Origin: Klebsormidium nitens
Taxonomy: Eukaryota; Plantae; Klebsormidiophyceae
Assembly: GCA_000708835.1 (NCBI GenBank)
Contig: DF237195.1
Span: 1 to 64,000 of the forward strand
DNA: 64,000 nucleotides
Direction of reading: 5' to 3'
Positions 45,501-57,900 of the stretch are shown here, one piece after another. The notes under the pieces were generated by a model. That model was given only the letters and a program-made list of their open reading frames with translations. It was not told the DNA's origin and did not search any database. The position numbers and the translations under genes were made by a program. The first letter of the stretch is position 1. Every line of letters starts with the position of its first letter.

Positions 45501-47391
45501 ACCAGCCTCTTCTGGGCAATTCGGGATGCAAGCAGGTCGGCAAGATAGCGTCCGGTTGATGATGAGGCCGGGCGCTTTCGAGAGGAACGGAAACGGAAGC
45601 GCGGAGATTGGCGAGCTGTTCGCGGCCGCCTGTGCGATCTTGACGAAAGCTGGGATTCCGGCGGACACCGGCGGAATGCAGGATGACGAGCTGACCCGCC
45701 TGCGGAGCGCGATGCGCCCGGTGTTCCGATCCAGCGTGCGGTGGTTCAACACCGCCCTCGAAGACCTCAGGGATTACGCCACCGAGCCAAACCCTCCGGC
45801 GGGTGGCCCCGCGGCCGCGCCCGCCCGCGACTGGGAGGCCGACTTCGAAGCCGCGCCCGACGTGCTAAAGCTGCTGGGCGTGCTCGCCAACTTCGACCGG
45901 TCGTACGCCGCGCTCCTGGGCGCGCGCGCGGTCGCCGTCCATCGGGCGGTCGCGAGCACCATGGAGAAGTGGAATGTGCGCCCCAGAGAAGAGGCGACAG
46001 GGGAGGAGCGCCCGGGGAAACGAGCGCGCGCGGATAAGAATGCGGGGAAAGAAGAGCGCGCGAACAAAGAAGCGTCCGCGCACAAAAGCGCCCCGGGAAA
46101 ATCTCGCCCGGTGGAAAGAGCGCGCGGTCCGGCCAAAGAAGCGGTGGGAGTGCCTCAGGAGACGGGTGGTATGACCGGGGAGCTGCCGGAGGGTGTCCAG
46201 GTTGTTACCTCGGGCGTTGCGGATTTTTGGCGGCCGTTTGTGCGCTCTGCGCGTGAGAGAGGGTTTGCGGGCGACAAGTCAAGAGAGCCAAGCGGTGAGG
46301 CAGGAATTAGCGAAAGTCCGGCGGGCGCCGGAGAGAGCTTCGGAAGAGAGCGTGGCCGACGTAGAGCGACAGAATGCGGAACTGAAAGACACTTTGGGAC
46401 AAGGAAAAGCAACCGCAGAGGGTCACGTCGAGGCGGACAAGCAGTCCAAAGGTTCTCCTGCGCATGAAGTGGCGATGAGAGGTGCTGAATACGGCGCTGG
46501 AAATGAGCAGGATCGACGTTCTTCCCCTTCATGGACCGAGCCTTCCTTTCTGAAAACCTGGAGCCCTCCGCCCTCACGACCGGGGAACGCAGTCCCAAAA
46601 TTCGGTGCAACGTCCCAAGGAGCGCCACAAGACAGTTTTTCCGCTTCAACCGGTGCTAAAGTCAGAGAGCCTGTCGATAGCCCGCGGTTCAAACCCTGTA
46701 CCGGTGTAGGTCCTTTCCCAGTGCCCGAAACAGTTGCAAACCTCGGCGGTGCTGAAGCGGGGGATCTCGCTGCGGGAAACAAAGACGCAAAACGTGTAGA
46801 AGGTTTGCTGAAGCTGGGGCCAAAGAGGGGAACGAAGTAGGATGCAAACAAAGCTCCCGAATGGAGAGTGTCAGCTCCCCTGAGGTCACGGTTTCCCGGC
46901 CAACCTCCGCGCCAGCAAGGGCGGGGGCGCGCGGCGACCCGGTTCTACTCCGCGACGCGTGCGTGCTGGTTAACGCGACGCGCGGGCAGAAGACGGAGGC
47001 TCTCTGGAAGATCCACGGGGCTCGGAGGCTGAGAGATAACAATCCCGGGGAGGCGCTGCTGACGTCAGAGGAGACGGAGGACCTCGCGCTGCTCGAGGTG
47101 GTCGAGCTGGCGGCCGCGCCGCACCTTGCCCGTGACCCCGCGACGGGGCGCTTCGCGGCCCCGCGCGCGTCCGAGCCGCGGGGCTGGACTGCGAGCGCCC
47201 TCGTGTGGATGGAGCGGCAGCGCATCGCGGCGCGGGGATACGATGGGGATAGCGAGGACCTCAAAATAGTAAGGCGAAGTCATTCGCAGAATCTACAAAC
47301 AGATGCAGCGCCCATGACTCTAACCGAAAAATGTAGATACGAAACTCTGGTAGGGCGTTTTATGGAAATGAGATGTCCAGTACACGAGTAG
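33545..47391 (+). CDS. Tandem Agenet (plant Tudor-like) domain protein 1, >2500 aa, with repeated uncharacterised domains
   Basis: Exons 33545-33646 (MSDS..FQAGDVVEYKSSKKGLRGSWFRSK), 34042-34114, 34750-34930, 35344-35431 (YAVGDAVDAFINICWWEVHI), 35698-35842 (HLRPTFIWKKDTW), 36213-37875, 38286-40147, 40621-40727, 41308-42358, 42768-42868, 43211-44285, 44691-44797, 45190-~46200 are all phase-compatible (7566 nt). The 3' part 46.2-47.4 kb needs frame changes, so the end is uncertain. Confidence 0.75.
37298..37462 (+). repeat. 84-bp direct repeat (2 copies) inside a coding exon
   Basis: LPVLALPCPLLESRQPVAQPAMLPGTD / LPVLALPCPLLESRETVAQPAMLPGTD; CCAGTT starts at 37301 and 37385. Confidence 0.9.
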
Positions 47392-49395
47392 GAGTAAAGC
47401 GATTCGTCTTGTCATTGTACTGCTGCTCGATCTTATTCGAATCGGCCGTTCATTTGGCGGTCTTGATCCTGCTTTAGACATCGACCAACTTCTTGCTTTC
47501 AAAACCGTAACAATGGCTTACAAGCAACGAACTACTTGCACACTATAATCTCTGCTTCTCTTCTTTGAATGACCAGAGAGTTTTCCTGTCGTGTTCCATG
47601 GGTTTGTGCGACGGGTAAGATTACTAGTGAAACGACGCAAGTTTCCCGAACGCCGACGAGCTTCTGATTCTTACGCTCGGCCTACTTGCAGCCGTTGTTG
47701 ACGGAGGGAGAGTGCAGCCACGTTTCCTCGGAGATGGAGAGTCGTGCTTCAAGATTGGTCCAGGAGGTTGTGCGTGTTCTTGAACGATCGTAGTAGGTGG
47801 GAACTGATCTTCTTACGGTGGCTAATCTCAAGCAAGCTCTTGCGCGACAGGTAGTTTGCGCTCTGGTCATGATGTGCTTTCCCCCAGAGCAATCAAGAAG
47901 ACGTTGATCAGACCAAACCTTCTTGTTCGCTGCGTCGCAGATTCAGTACTCTGTGCGGGCAACACCACTTTGAGATCGATCAAGTAGAAGCATCAATTCA
48001 GGTCTTCGCAGCCAGATCATCTTCTGTCAGCTCTCAAAGTGCTATTGCCAATCTATTCAAGTGCTCAGCCCCTCGATTTTGAGGCCTGTCGGACGGTTGA
48101 TTTACGACTTCTGGACTTTGCAATCTGTTTCATTGGGTGATGGTTGAGTTCTACTTGACGAGAGTTGATTATTGGTCTGATCCCGGATCCTGCGCTCACA
48201 ACCGTTATTATCGCTTGGAGGTGCGGGAGATCGGCCAGCCACCTGCCGAAGAGAACTGAATAATCAGATGCAGCACAGTGTTAAAAGGCCTGGCTCAGTC
48301 GTGTAGCGACGTGCTGGATCAGAGGAACAAGTCGCAATAGATCAATAAACGCTCATACTTTATTCTGAAGAGTTACCACATGAGCTTCACATAGAGTTTC
48401 AGCGGCAATGGGAACGAGGAGTATAGTTCACCAGCTATTTCAAATCAACCTCATGAATGCGCTCAGCATCTTATCACACAACATAGGCTGCGAACGGTTG
48501 AATGAAGCCATGGGGTCGAAAGACGTCTCTTTATTATATGTATACGTCTTGATGGATCAGAGAGTTAACTTCACGGTTAGGCTGTTATATCTATGAGCAC
48601 TTCGTGTCAGCGTTGCACTACTACCTACAGTTGATCAAATCAAAGCGCCATAACTCCCTGTGAAACGGCTAGCAAATACTTCAACGTGTTCGCATAAGTC
48701 AAAGCCTTACACACTATTATTCTCAAGCGCCATTTGATGTCTTGTAGATTGGTGACCTGCAATCGCTTGAGCCATCTGACCTCCGTACCAGCTGAAACAC
48801 CTTTTTGACCAAAAGGTTTGCGGAAAGAAGAAGTGTCTTTCAAACGACCTATGCAGACGAGCCAAGCAGCGCGCGCGGTCGCGGATTAAGGCGGTCGCGG
48901 CCGCCGTCGCCGTCAACCAAGCGCGTGGGCTAACGCACCTGCGTTGAATAGACATAAACTTACGTCAGGTCACATCGTTGACGATACGCGCAAGATGTTT
49001 GGAAAGGAAGACCTGATACGACGTGATGAGCGCCAAGCTTGAAAGAGAACACGAAGGACTGCGAGCGATCTTGAGCGCCCATCAGCAACGCAGAAGCATT
49101 CAAAGCACCACCAGCAGCCCTCGGGCTGCACAAACAACCTGAGCATTCTTTTGCGTGGCTCGGCTCCGCTCAGGAGGAACCTTGAAGCTTACTTTTGACG
49201 TGAGAGCAGGAATATATTTTGCCATATTTCTAAACATTCAATCATTGTAGAAGCAGGAAGGAAGGCGCTGGCCATGCAAGCGACTCTTCTGGTTCAGAAG
49301 CACGGTGCAAAGCTAGGCCGGCTCAATCTTGTAAATTCTGCTGAGCTAGCAGCATTCTAATTCATCTGTGAGTCGAGAACACATCTGAAGACGCC

Positions 49396-52300
49396 ATGGC
49401 AGCTTCGAAGGAAGCGAGGCAGGAGTGCAGCTTTGAGATCGGGGATGTGATTGAGCACAGAAGCTCCGTGGTTGGGATCAGAGGAGCGTGGTTCCTATCA
49501 AAGGTATGCTTTGCTAGGTTAGACATGGTAGACTCCGAGCAATAGAGCAATCTGCTTCATGCAACTCTTTCATCAATGAGCCTGGCCATTCAATCTGGCT
49601 CTGCAACTCTTCATTCAAGGATGCAGAAAGATCATCTGTCTAGGCAGGTCAAGTGAGGGGATTGAGGGAACTGATTTGGGAGTTTGTCAGACTCGAGGAT
49701 GGTGCATAGAAAGCCTTTCCGAAAGGAAACCTTATATAATTTGGAATATTAGGTAATATCGTCTCTCTGACCAGGTCATCAGAGGGGTTCGAAGGAATTC
49801 ATTTGAACGTTTGTCAGAATCCACCAATGTTGCATGGACAGCCCTTTCGATAGGAAACCTTCGTATGGTTGAAGCATTCAATAAGCTATTAGAGCCTTGT
49901 CGCAAGGCTTGCGAAGAATCAGGCTTGCTGGGAATCTGTAGAGTAAGTTCTGCCAGTTCCTTCTGATTACAGAGGAAGATAAATGAGGTTTTGCTGTTGC
50001 TGAGCTGAACTTTTACGCTGGCAGATTATGGACGTTTCGCGTGGTGAGACAGCAGCATCGAGATATCTGCACGTGCATTACTTGGACTTCAATGACGGTG
50101 AGGCGTTTTTTCCTATTCAAGTACATGTGAGTCGAGTATATCGGCAGGAGACGGACAAGGACCGGACTCCTAAACAATATGAGCCTTTGCCAAAATTGAC
50201 TCGAGCAATCAAGAGCTTGGGACAAGAGCGTGCTGGAACTCAAATTGCTTGGAAGCTTGAGAATTTGCTGAGTATTACCCACTGTAAGAAGTGTCCGACC
50301 AGCGAGGACGACTACACCACGGCATTCTTATATAGTGCATCTGGGCCGCTGTTTCCTTCAATGTTGAAAATTCTTCCCCTCGTGTCCACATGTTGCATTG
50401 GCTTGTAGCTTATGCTTCAGTGGTACTTCTGCGGATAGCCGTCAGTGCCTCTCTTTTGAATATTCCTTCAACGTTGGCATGTTAAGCCGCAGGATGCTTT
50501 TCATGGCTTTCTTCCCCGCAATCCTCGCACCTAGAAAACCACGTAAGGTTGCGCGTCGACCGAAAACCTACCACCCCCCACTCGTATGTTGTCAGACCAC
50601 GTGGTTCAGAAAACCTTGGTTTCGGCAGAGGTTTGCAGCAAACCCTTCACATCTGTGCGCCCTATATCACCCAATTCTGCACCAAAATGCTCAATCCAAA
50701 GCAAGTGGGCAATGGCCATGTGTGGTGGCAATTGCCGACAAGGCTTCTTTGAGCAGAAAAGATGCGAATTTGATAGATTTAGGCGACACAATCACTTCAG
50801 TGTTGCAAACCTCTTGCAAACCCAGATTTATGGAAAGCAGGCCTCTGATTGGCTGAAAAACCTGGGAGGTTTTCGGTCGACGCGCAACCTAAGACTATGC
50901 GCAGAGTATGAATTCTACTCCTATTTGCTTATCTTCTGACTACCAATTCTCAAACCGCCTTCCGTTTAACACTATGTAGTTCTCTGACTTCATTGACGCA
51001 ACTTTATACTTAGGATGAAAACAGATTCCACTGTCCAATATGCTCGAAACTCACGAGATTCAGCGCTTCTGCAACGCAGAAATGCACACCGTCCGCTTGT
51101 ACGATTCCGTTCCGTCCCAGCCCGACAAGCGGAGCGACAGGGCGCTCATGGCGCGGCCGGATCCGCCCCACCACTACGTCGTCGCTCGGGGAACTTCCAC
51201 AAGTCAGCCCCCAAGACAAGGGGGCCCCAAGCTCTACTTCCACCGGACTCGAAAGTGAGATACGATGTTCGACGAATGTTCGGAGTTGCTTGCACTGGAG
51301 GAAAGATCATAAACAAGCTGCCTGCTCCCTTTTCAATTTCTGCCTGCCATTGGCAACTCATAATTCGTTTGCTCCTTCATGTTCGCGATGTAGTCAATAA
51401 GGTGCCTTCGATTACTCCTAGGCTGCTTTCGTTAGATGGTCGGATCAATGAAGCAACTTTCAGCTGTTAGAATCACCTTCAAGCAGGCTCCGACCGGTCA
51501 AGTGCAGAGGTCTTCTTAAGAACCGCAAGCCAAACAATGGAAGAAACAAGAATCCTGAAACGGGTGGCAGTGTTTATAGGTTATCTTTCTCTCAACCGTA
51601 CTTTCTTGACAGTCTGAATTTTTCCCAATTGGCCATCAGGTTTGCTGTGGGTGACGCTGTGGATGCGATGTACACCAACTGCTGGTGGGAGGGCCACATC
51701 AAGAGCATCTCCGGAAACGACGTCACAGTGAGTGGTTTCAGATGCCCAGAGCTGTTGGCGTGTCTCTTACCGGAGCATCTGAACAGACGTGATTTCTCGT
51801 GTCAGCATGTTGCGTGAAGATCGCCCTTGAAAGAACTGCAGTTTACGCTTGGAAGCCGCTTTAGTTCAGGCTCTCAGGAACAAGCGTTGACACTAGCACA
51901 GTGAGACGATCCTTCCCATCTCAAATATCGAGACCCAAGGATGAACTGTGACATTCCTTCGCTTGTCTCCGCATGTCAACACACAAAGTTTGTGAACGGC
52001 TACTCTTAAGAGAGCTGGTCGCCTTGTTTTTCTTTGAAAGGTGCGCCTTCCATCCAGCCTGTTGAAGTGAAATATTCGCCTCTTACTCAGATTAAGCAAG
52101 TTCATGTTACTATCTGCTCTCAGGTGGCCTTCGCGAAGCCTCCCAGGGGCGAGGGTGACGTCCAGATAATCCACAACCGCAGTCTCCGGCCCACGCTGGA
52201 TTGGAACAACGACACGTGGACGATCGCGCCCGGGAAAGCCGCGCTGCCTCTCATCGGCGTCTTCGAAGGTACGCCACAGGCACGCGTCTTGAATGCAGGC

Positions 52301-55300
52301 GAAAAATGAAGAATAAGAGATATGCTCTTGAAAAGGAAAATGTCAGATGAGAGTTGGCAGGTACTTGGCGAAAGATCTACTCTCGACATTGTGACTTCAA
52401 GTGACAAATCAGACAATGCTCTTGTGATGTTCACGGCTCTTCCAGGCTCGTTGATCTTCTTGCAAGCCGCAGATACAAGCATTGGTACCAAGGATAGCTG
52501 CTAGGGACCTTATCTGATTCTTCAACATGTTGAGCAAAGATCGAGATTATAAGATTCGCATTTGGGAGTCACGAATGGGTCCCTGGGCTCATCCGTGGGG
52601 TTGACAGCGGTGATAACCTCAGGCGCCTCGCCCATGCAATGGATTGGCGAACCCCTAAACACGCTTTCTCATCATCTTGGGGTGCAAGCGCTTGCGAGAA
52701 GAAGCCGTCCGGTCTCTGATTCTCTTTACTGACCCCTTAACATCTCTGCAGATGCCAGCGGCCGCGTTATCGTTGACAACTCGCTGGAGGGGCAGCCGGA
52801 ACCGCCGGAACCGGGGGCGCAGCAACAACTTGAAGCGGGTCTGCTGAGCCCAAAACCGTCCCGCTCCCCTTTGCCAACCTCCCCCTCCGGCTCTAAAGCT
52901 GACGTGAGCAGCAGGGCCTCCTCCAATCAGCGTGACGTCAGCAAGAAGAATGCGCCGAGAAAACCCAAAACAACTCCCAAAACGGAGCCGATACATGAGG
53001 CGGACAGTGATCCGGAAGAAGAGGGGGCGCAGAAGCGAGAGACAGAGCGAGAGGAGGGCCTGTTTCCGAATATGACGGACGATGACGTCATCAAGGGCTT
53101 CGAGACGTTGCTCGGTTCGGTCCCCCGGGCGACCCACCCGGGCGTGCAGCGGCTGGGGCTACGGGGCTTCTTCAAGCAGAAGGTCGCCGAGATGCACGCC
53201 GGGGAGCTGTTCCCGGCGCATCCGCCGGCGGCCGAAACGGCGGGCGCGCGCGCGCGAGAAACGAAGAACGAGAGCGGGGAGTCGTTGGCGAGCTCGAATC
53301 TGTCCGAGGAAGGAAAACTACGCGGTACTTTGCCGGTGGCTCCGGCAGAGCGGGTGGAACCGGGGGAAGCAGAGCTAGACCTTGGGAGGGAATTGAAAGA
53401 CCTTAAGGGTTCTGAGAAGGGAGACGAAGGGGAAGAAGTGAAAGGGACGGAGGAGAAGCAAAAAGAGGTAGAGGGTAAACAAGAACGGGAAGCCGTTCAG
53501 CCGCATGCTGGAGAGAAGCGGGGAAGAGGGAGGCCCAAGCTAACGGAGGAAGCGAGGGCGAAGAAGAGGCTCGGCGGACCGGCGGATTCCGTTGGTGCGA
53601 CGCTGGGCGTCTCTCACGGCAACGGGGGTCCCAAGCGACGGAATCTGGAGAGGGGGAAAGCGGAGGCGGGGGTGTTCCTGAGCGCGCTGCTCGCGCGCTG
53701 GGAGGGTGTTCACATTGACGAGGCTCGGCTGGTTTTCAGTGAGCTCAACGAGTGGGCGCCCTCGGAGAGTACAATCAAGGGGATCCACGGGGGGGAGATC
53801 AAAGACTGGTACCGGGCCAAGGTCGAGCGGATGCGTGCGAGCGGCACGCGCTTCGTACGGATTGTCTCGCAGACGACTAAACAACTGAGGTATGCCTGGC
53901 AGCCCTGGGGCGACGCGCGCTTCCCCGAAACCCTCAAACCCTCGGTGCACCCGAAAGCGGAGATGACGTCAGCGAAAGGCGCGGTGCATGAAGGGGGGCG
54001 AGAGGACGCGCCCGGGAACGAGGGGGCAGCGGACGGTGACGTCACGAGGGAAAGTCTGGTGGCGGAGCGAAAAGGGGAAGACACGAGGGGCGGGGGGAGC
54101 GGTTTGGGGGCCCCGGGAGCAGAAGCCGTGACGTCAGCAGCTGACGGAGAGGGTGGAGAACAGGTCAAGGAGGGAGAGTCTGAAGAAACCGCCGAGGAGA
54201 GTCCTCCACGTGGCGACGTCCGAGACGCCACGGCTGAAAGCGAAGGAAGAACGGAGAGAAAGGGGAAGTCGGAAACCGAAGACGCTGAAGAGGGCCTGAT
54301 GTTGGAGTCAGCAGAAGCTCCCCAGGTTGGGGAGGCAACCGCGAAAGAGGAAGTACCGGAACGAGAAGCGAAGGAAACGGGAAGGAAAAAACACGGCGAC
54401 AACGCAGCTTTTGAAGACAACGCAACAGCTAAAGGGGAGGAAATACTAGCAGGGAAAGAAACCGCAGGAGGAGGAGGAACTGTGGACGGGTGCCCGAACT
54501 TGGCCGCAGGCGATGGTGCAGGAGTAGCAGAGGTGAAAGGGAACGTTGAGGGGATCGGAACTTTTGGAAAGGCGGACGCCTCTGGGGAAGGGAGTGCAGA
54601 TAGCAAGGGTTCGGGGGACGGTGAAAGAGCGGCTGAGGGGAACGGAGCCGCCGAGATGAAGGGAAGTGCAGAAGAAAGCAGATCTGCCGGATCCTTTGAG
54701 GACGTAGGAGGCATGAAGAGTGCCGAGCGGGACGGAACGCCTGAGACCGGAAGCGTCGGTCAGAAGGCCAAGAAACGGCAGAAGAAGAAAGAGCCCGTCG
54801 TAATTCCCATGAACGTGCTCGACTTCTTCTTGGACGATACGGAGGAAGAGGTGCCCTTGATTGAGGAGCAGAATGAACGGAATCCCGGAAGCGGAAGGGA
54901 ACCGGAACGATTTTCGGATGTGCTAGAGGGGCAGACGGAGCGAGACTTGGCTCAGGGTTCGCTTGCAGAAACGTCAGCGGATGGAACGGTGACATCGGCA
55001 GAGGAGGCGGAGGCGATCATTCGCCCGCTGCTCGCGCGCTGGAGCCGTGCCGACCTGGACGAGATATTTAACATTTTCAAGAAGTTGAACGGATTCGTTC
55101 CGCACCGGAACGGGAACGGAGCCAAGCGGCAGGGCACCAAGAGCTGGTTCGAGGGCCTGTTCCGGCGGATGCTTGAGACCGGAAAGCGGTACGTGGAGCG
55201 GAAGAAGCTGGGTGAAAAGAAAGCCGTGAACCTGCAGATGCGGCCTTGGCCAACAAAGCGCCACGTGGCATTTGGAGAGGGCCACGTGGGTGCTGCCGGG

Positions 55301-57900
55301 GATGTTCAAGCTGAGGATCGAATTGCGGGGATGGAGAATGCGGAAGTTTTGGAACGTGGAGAAGCTGAAGACTCTGGAACCTCCGGTGCGGTAATCGAGA
55401 GGGGAGAAGGGAAACGCCGGCTAAAGAAACGGCGTTTCGGCCGCGAGTTTGTGTCGGAGAAGCTGGGGGAGCGGAAGATGAAGAGCAGAAAGCTCGAAAA
55501 CGGGGCTTTTGTAAAGCCGGCAGATGAATCTGAAGGAAAGGAGAGCACACCGCAAGAAAGCAAGTCGGTGCGAGCGATGCGCGAGCGTTTGGAGGAGAAG
55601 ATCCGGAGGTGCGGCCAGGAGGGCCTAGCGGCTGAGGCAACGGAACGGCCGGAATCCGCCGGAGCTGGTGGCGGAAGAGGAGCGAAGAAGCGGGCTGCTG
55701 AGGAGGCCGGAGTCTACTTTGAGGAGGAACGGAAGGGCGGAACGGGGCCGACCGAACGGGGTGGCTTGGGGAGCGCCAGGGACTTCGGCTTCACGAGGAA
55801 AACGAGCGAAACGGAACGGATGGAACAGAAGTTGTGGGAGGGAAGCGGAAATGCGGAACGGAAGAGCGGAAAGCGCCGCAAGGATTCAGAAACTCCACGG
55901 AAGGGAGGAGCAACGAAAGGAGCTACTCTACCGGCTACTTGCCGGCGCCCACCTCGAGGCCAGACGGGGTCGAATTCGAAAGCCCGAGCGAAATTGACTT
56001 TCTGCATACTGGATCCGCAGGACTCCGCTGCGACGAGCCGGTTCCGGTCGAAGAATCCGCTGGGTTTGGCGCAGCGGAACGCACGGCCGCGAAAGACGCC
56101 AGCCCTGCTGCGAACGGTACGGAAAAGCCGAGGAAAAGCGGTGTGGAAATTCCTGGGGAAGGAGTTTCGGAGGAACCGGGGGCAGGTTCTGCTAAGGCTC
56201 CTGCCGAAAAAGTGTCGGTAGAAGCGCGGAGAGACTCGCCGGGGCGTCGGCAGAGGACGAGAGCGGCAGATTTGCTGACGTCACCACGACTTTCGATGAG
56301 CTCGGTTCCGGGATTGAGCCCTCTTGGGCTTCTGCCAGCGGAATACGTGGGAACGGCTCTTTGGGCTGGCCAGGATAAACGGAAAGTGCTTGGATCTGCA
56401 CAAGGTGAAGACGCGATGGAGGAGACGGGAAAGCTTGAGGCGGAATTGGCGCCGGAAGCGGAGCGGAAGAAAATGTCGGAAGCGGAAGCGGAACTAGCGA
56501 AGGGGGAGGAACGGAAGGTAGAGCCGGGTCCGGCGGTCGGAACGTCAGAAAAGGAACTGGGGGCCGGCAGCTGTGCAGCAACGAGCTCTGATAAGCTCAC
56601 CAAGTCACCGGATTCCGGCGGAAAGGGCCGGAACGCGACCAGTGCGGATAGGGAGGGCGGTCCTCTGGGCGGAGCGGGAATGCAGAGGAGGACCAACAGC
56701 GGAGGCGAGAAGGTGTTGCTCGGAAAGGGAGGAGCAAAGAAACGGAAGGATGAGGTCAGCGGGTACGTCAGGGACGATGCAAAGGGGTTTGAGAGAGCAG
56801 GGGAAACGGGCCTCGAGGATGACGTCAGCAAAAGCGAACAAAGTAAGAAGGAATCGCGTGAAGACGGAGAGGGGCAGCAGTACGAGGAGAACCTTTCGAT
56901 TGACGCGGGGCGCGGTAAAGAGTCGTGTGAAGGGGCGAACGCGGAGGCTCCGTCAGAGGCAAAAGGAACGAAAGAGGCTGGCGAAAAGACGGAAAGCCGC
57001 AAGGCAGGACTCCTTAACGAAGTTTTGCGACGCGACATTGAAGAGCTTCGTAGAGCGGCGATGGAGATGTGGGGTGAGGACGGGAGCAGAAAGAGCACGG
57101 TTCACGACAGGATAGCGGAATACGAAGCGACGTTGGAGGGAACACTGTGCGAGGCAAGCGAGAAGCGAGATGTAAGGGAAACGAAAATTTTGAGAAAAAA
57201 GGTTTCGGTAGAGGGGCAGGATGAGGGGGAGGAGTTGAACGATGTCGTCAGCCGTTTCATTAGGGGCGGTGCTAAGTTGCTTGGAGATGCGGGGGAAAGG
57301 GGCCTCGAGGATGACGTCAGAAGGAGTAACGAGATTGGGAAGCTTTCGCTCGAAGCTGAAAAGGGGCAACAGATCGTGGACGACGTCACCATTTGCGCAG
57401 GGGGCGGGAAGGAGTCGATGGGGGGAGGTAGTCCGGGGGTTCGAGCGGAGGCGAAGACGACTCATAAGGCTTGCGAAAAGGCGAAGCGTGGCAATCAGGC
57501 GAACTCTTGCGACCTGATGACTGTCGAGATTGAGGACCTTTTGAGAATGAAAAAGGAGGAGATCTTGAGGGAGAAGGACAGCAGAAAGGGCGCAGTTTGT
57601 GAGAGGGGAGAAGAGACGACTTTGGAGGGGAAGGCAGGCGAGAAGGGAGATGTAAGGAGAACGGAAGGTGCAGGAGAGGGCGTGTCGGTAGTGGGGCAGG
57701 GTGACGGCGAGAAGCCAGAGGACACTTCGGCGGAGCCGGAACCGGAACCGGACACCGGAACTGAAGTGGAAGTCGTAATGGAAGTCTCGGAATCTGACGA
57801 AGCGGCGGTTGTCCGTGCGGCTCACCCGGAGAGCGACCAACGCAAGCGCGGCGCGGCCCAACTTTCTGCGGAGCGGCAGACTGTATCGCCGCGGCTTTGA
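49396..57900 (+). CDS. Tandem Agenet domain protein 2
   Basis: Exons 49396-49503 (MAAS..FEIGDVIEHRSSVVGIRGAWFLSK), 50025-50097, 51080-51254, 51640-51727 (FAVGDAVDAMYTNCWWEGHI), 52124-52268 (SLRPTLDWNNDTW), then a long exon from 52752 with an apparent frame switch at ~55720-55800 into ORF 55834-57900. Exon sizes 73/88/145 are identical to gene 1. Confidence 0.78.
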
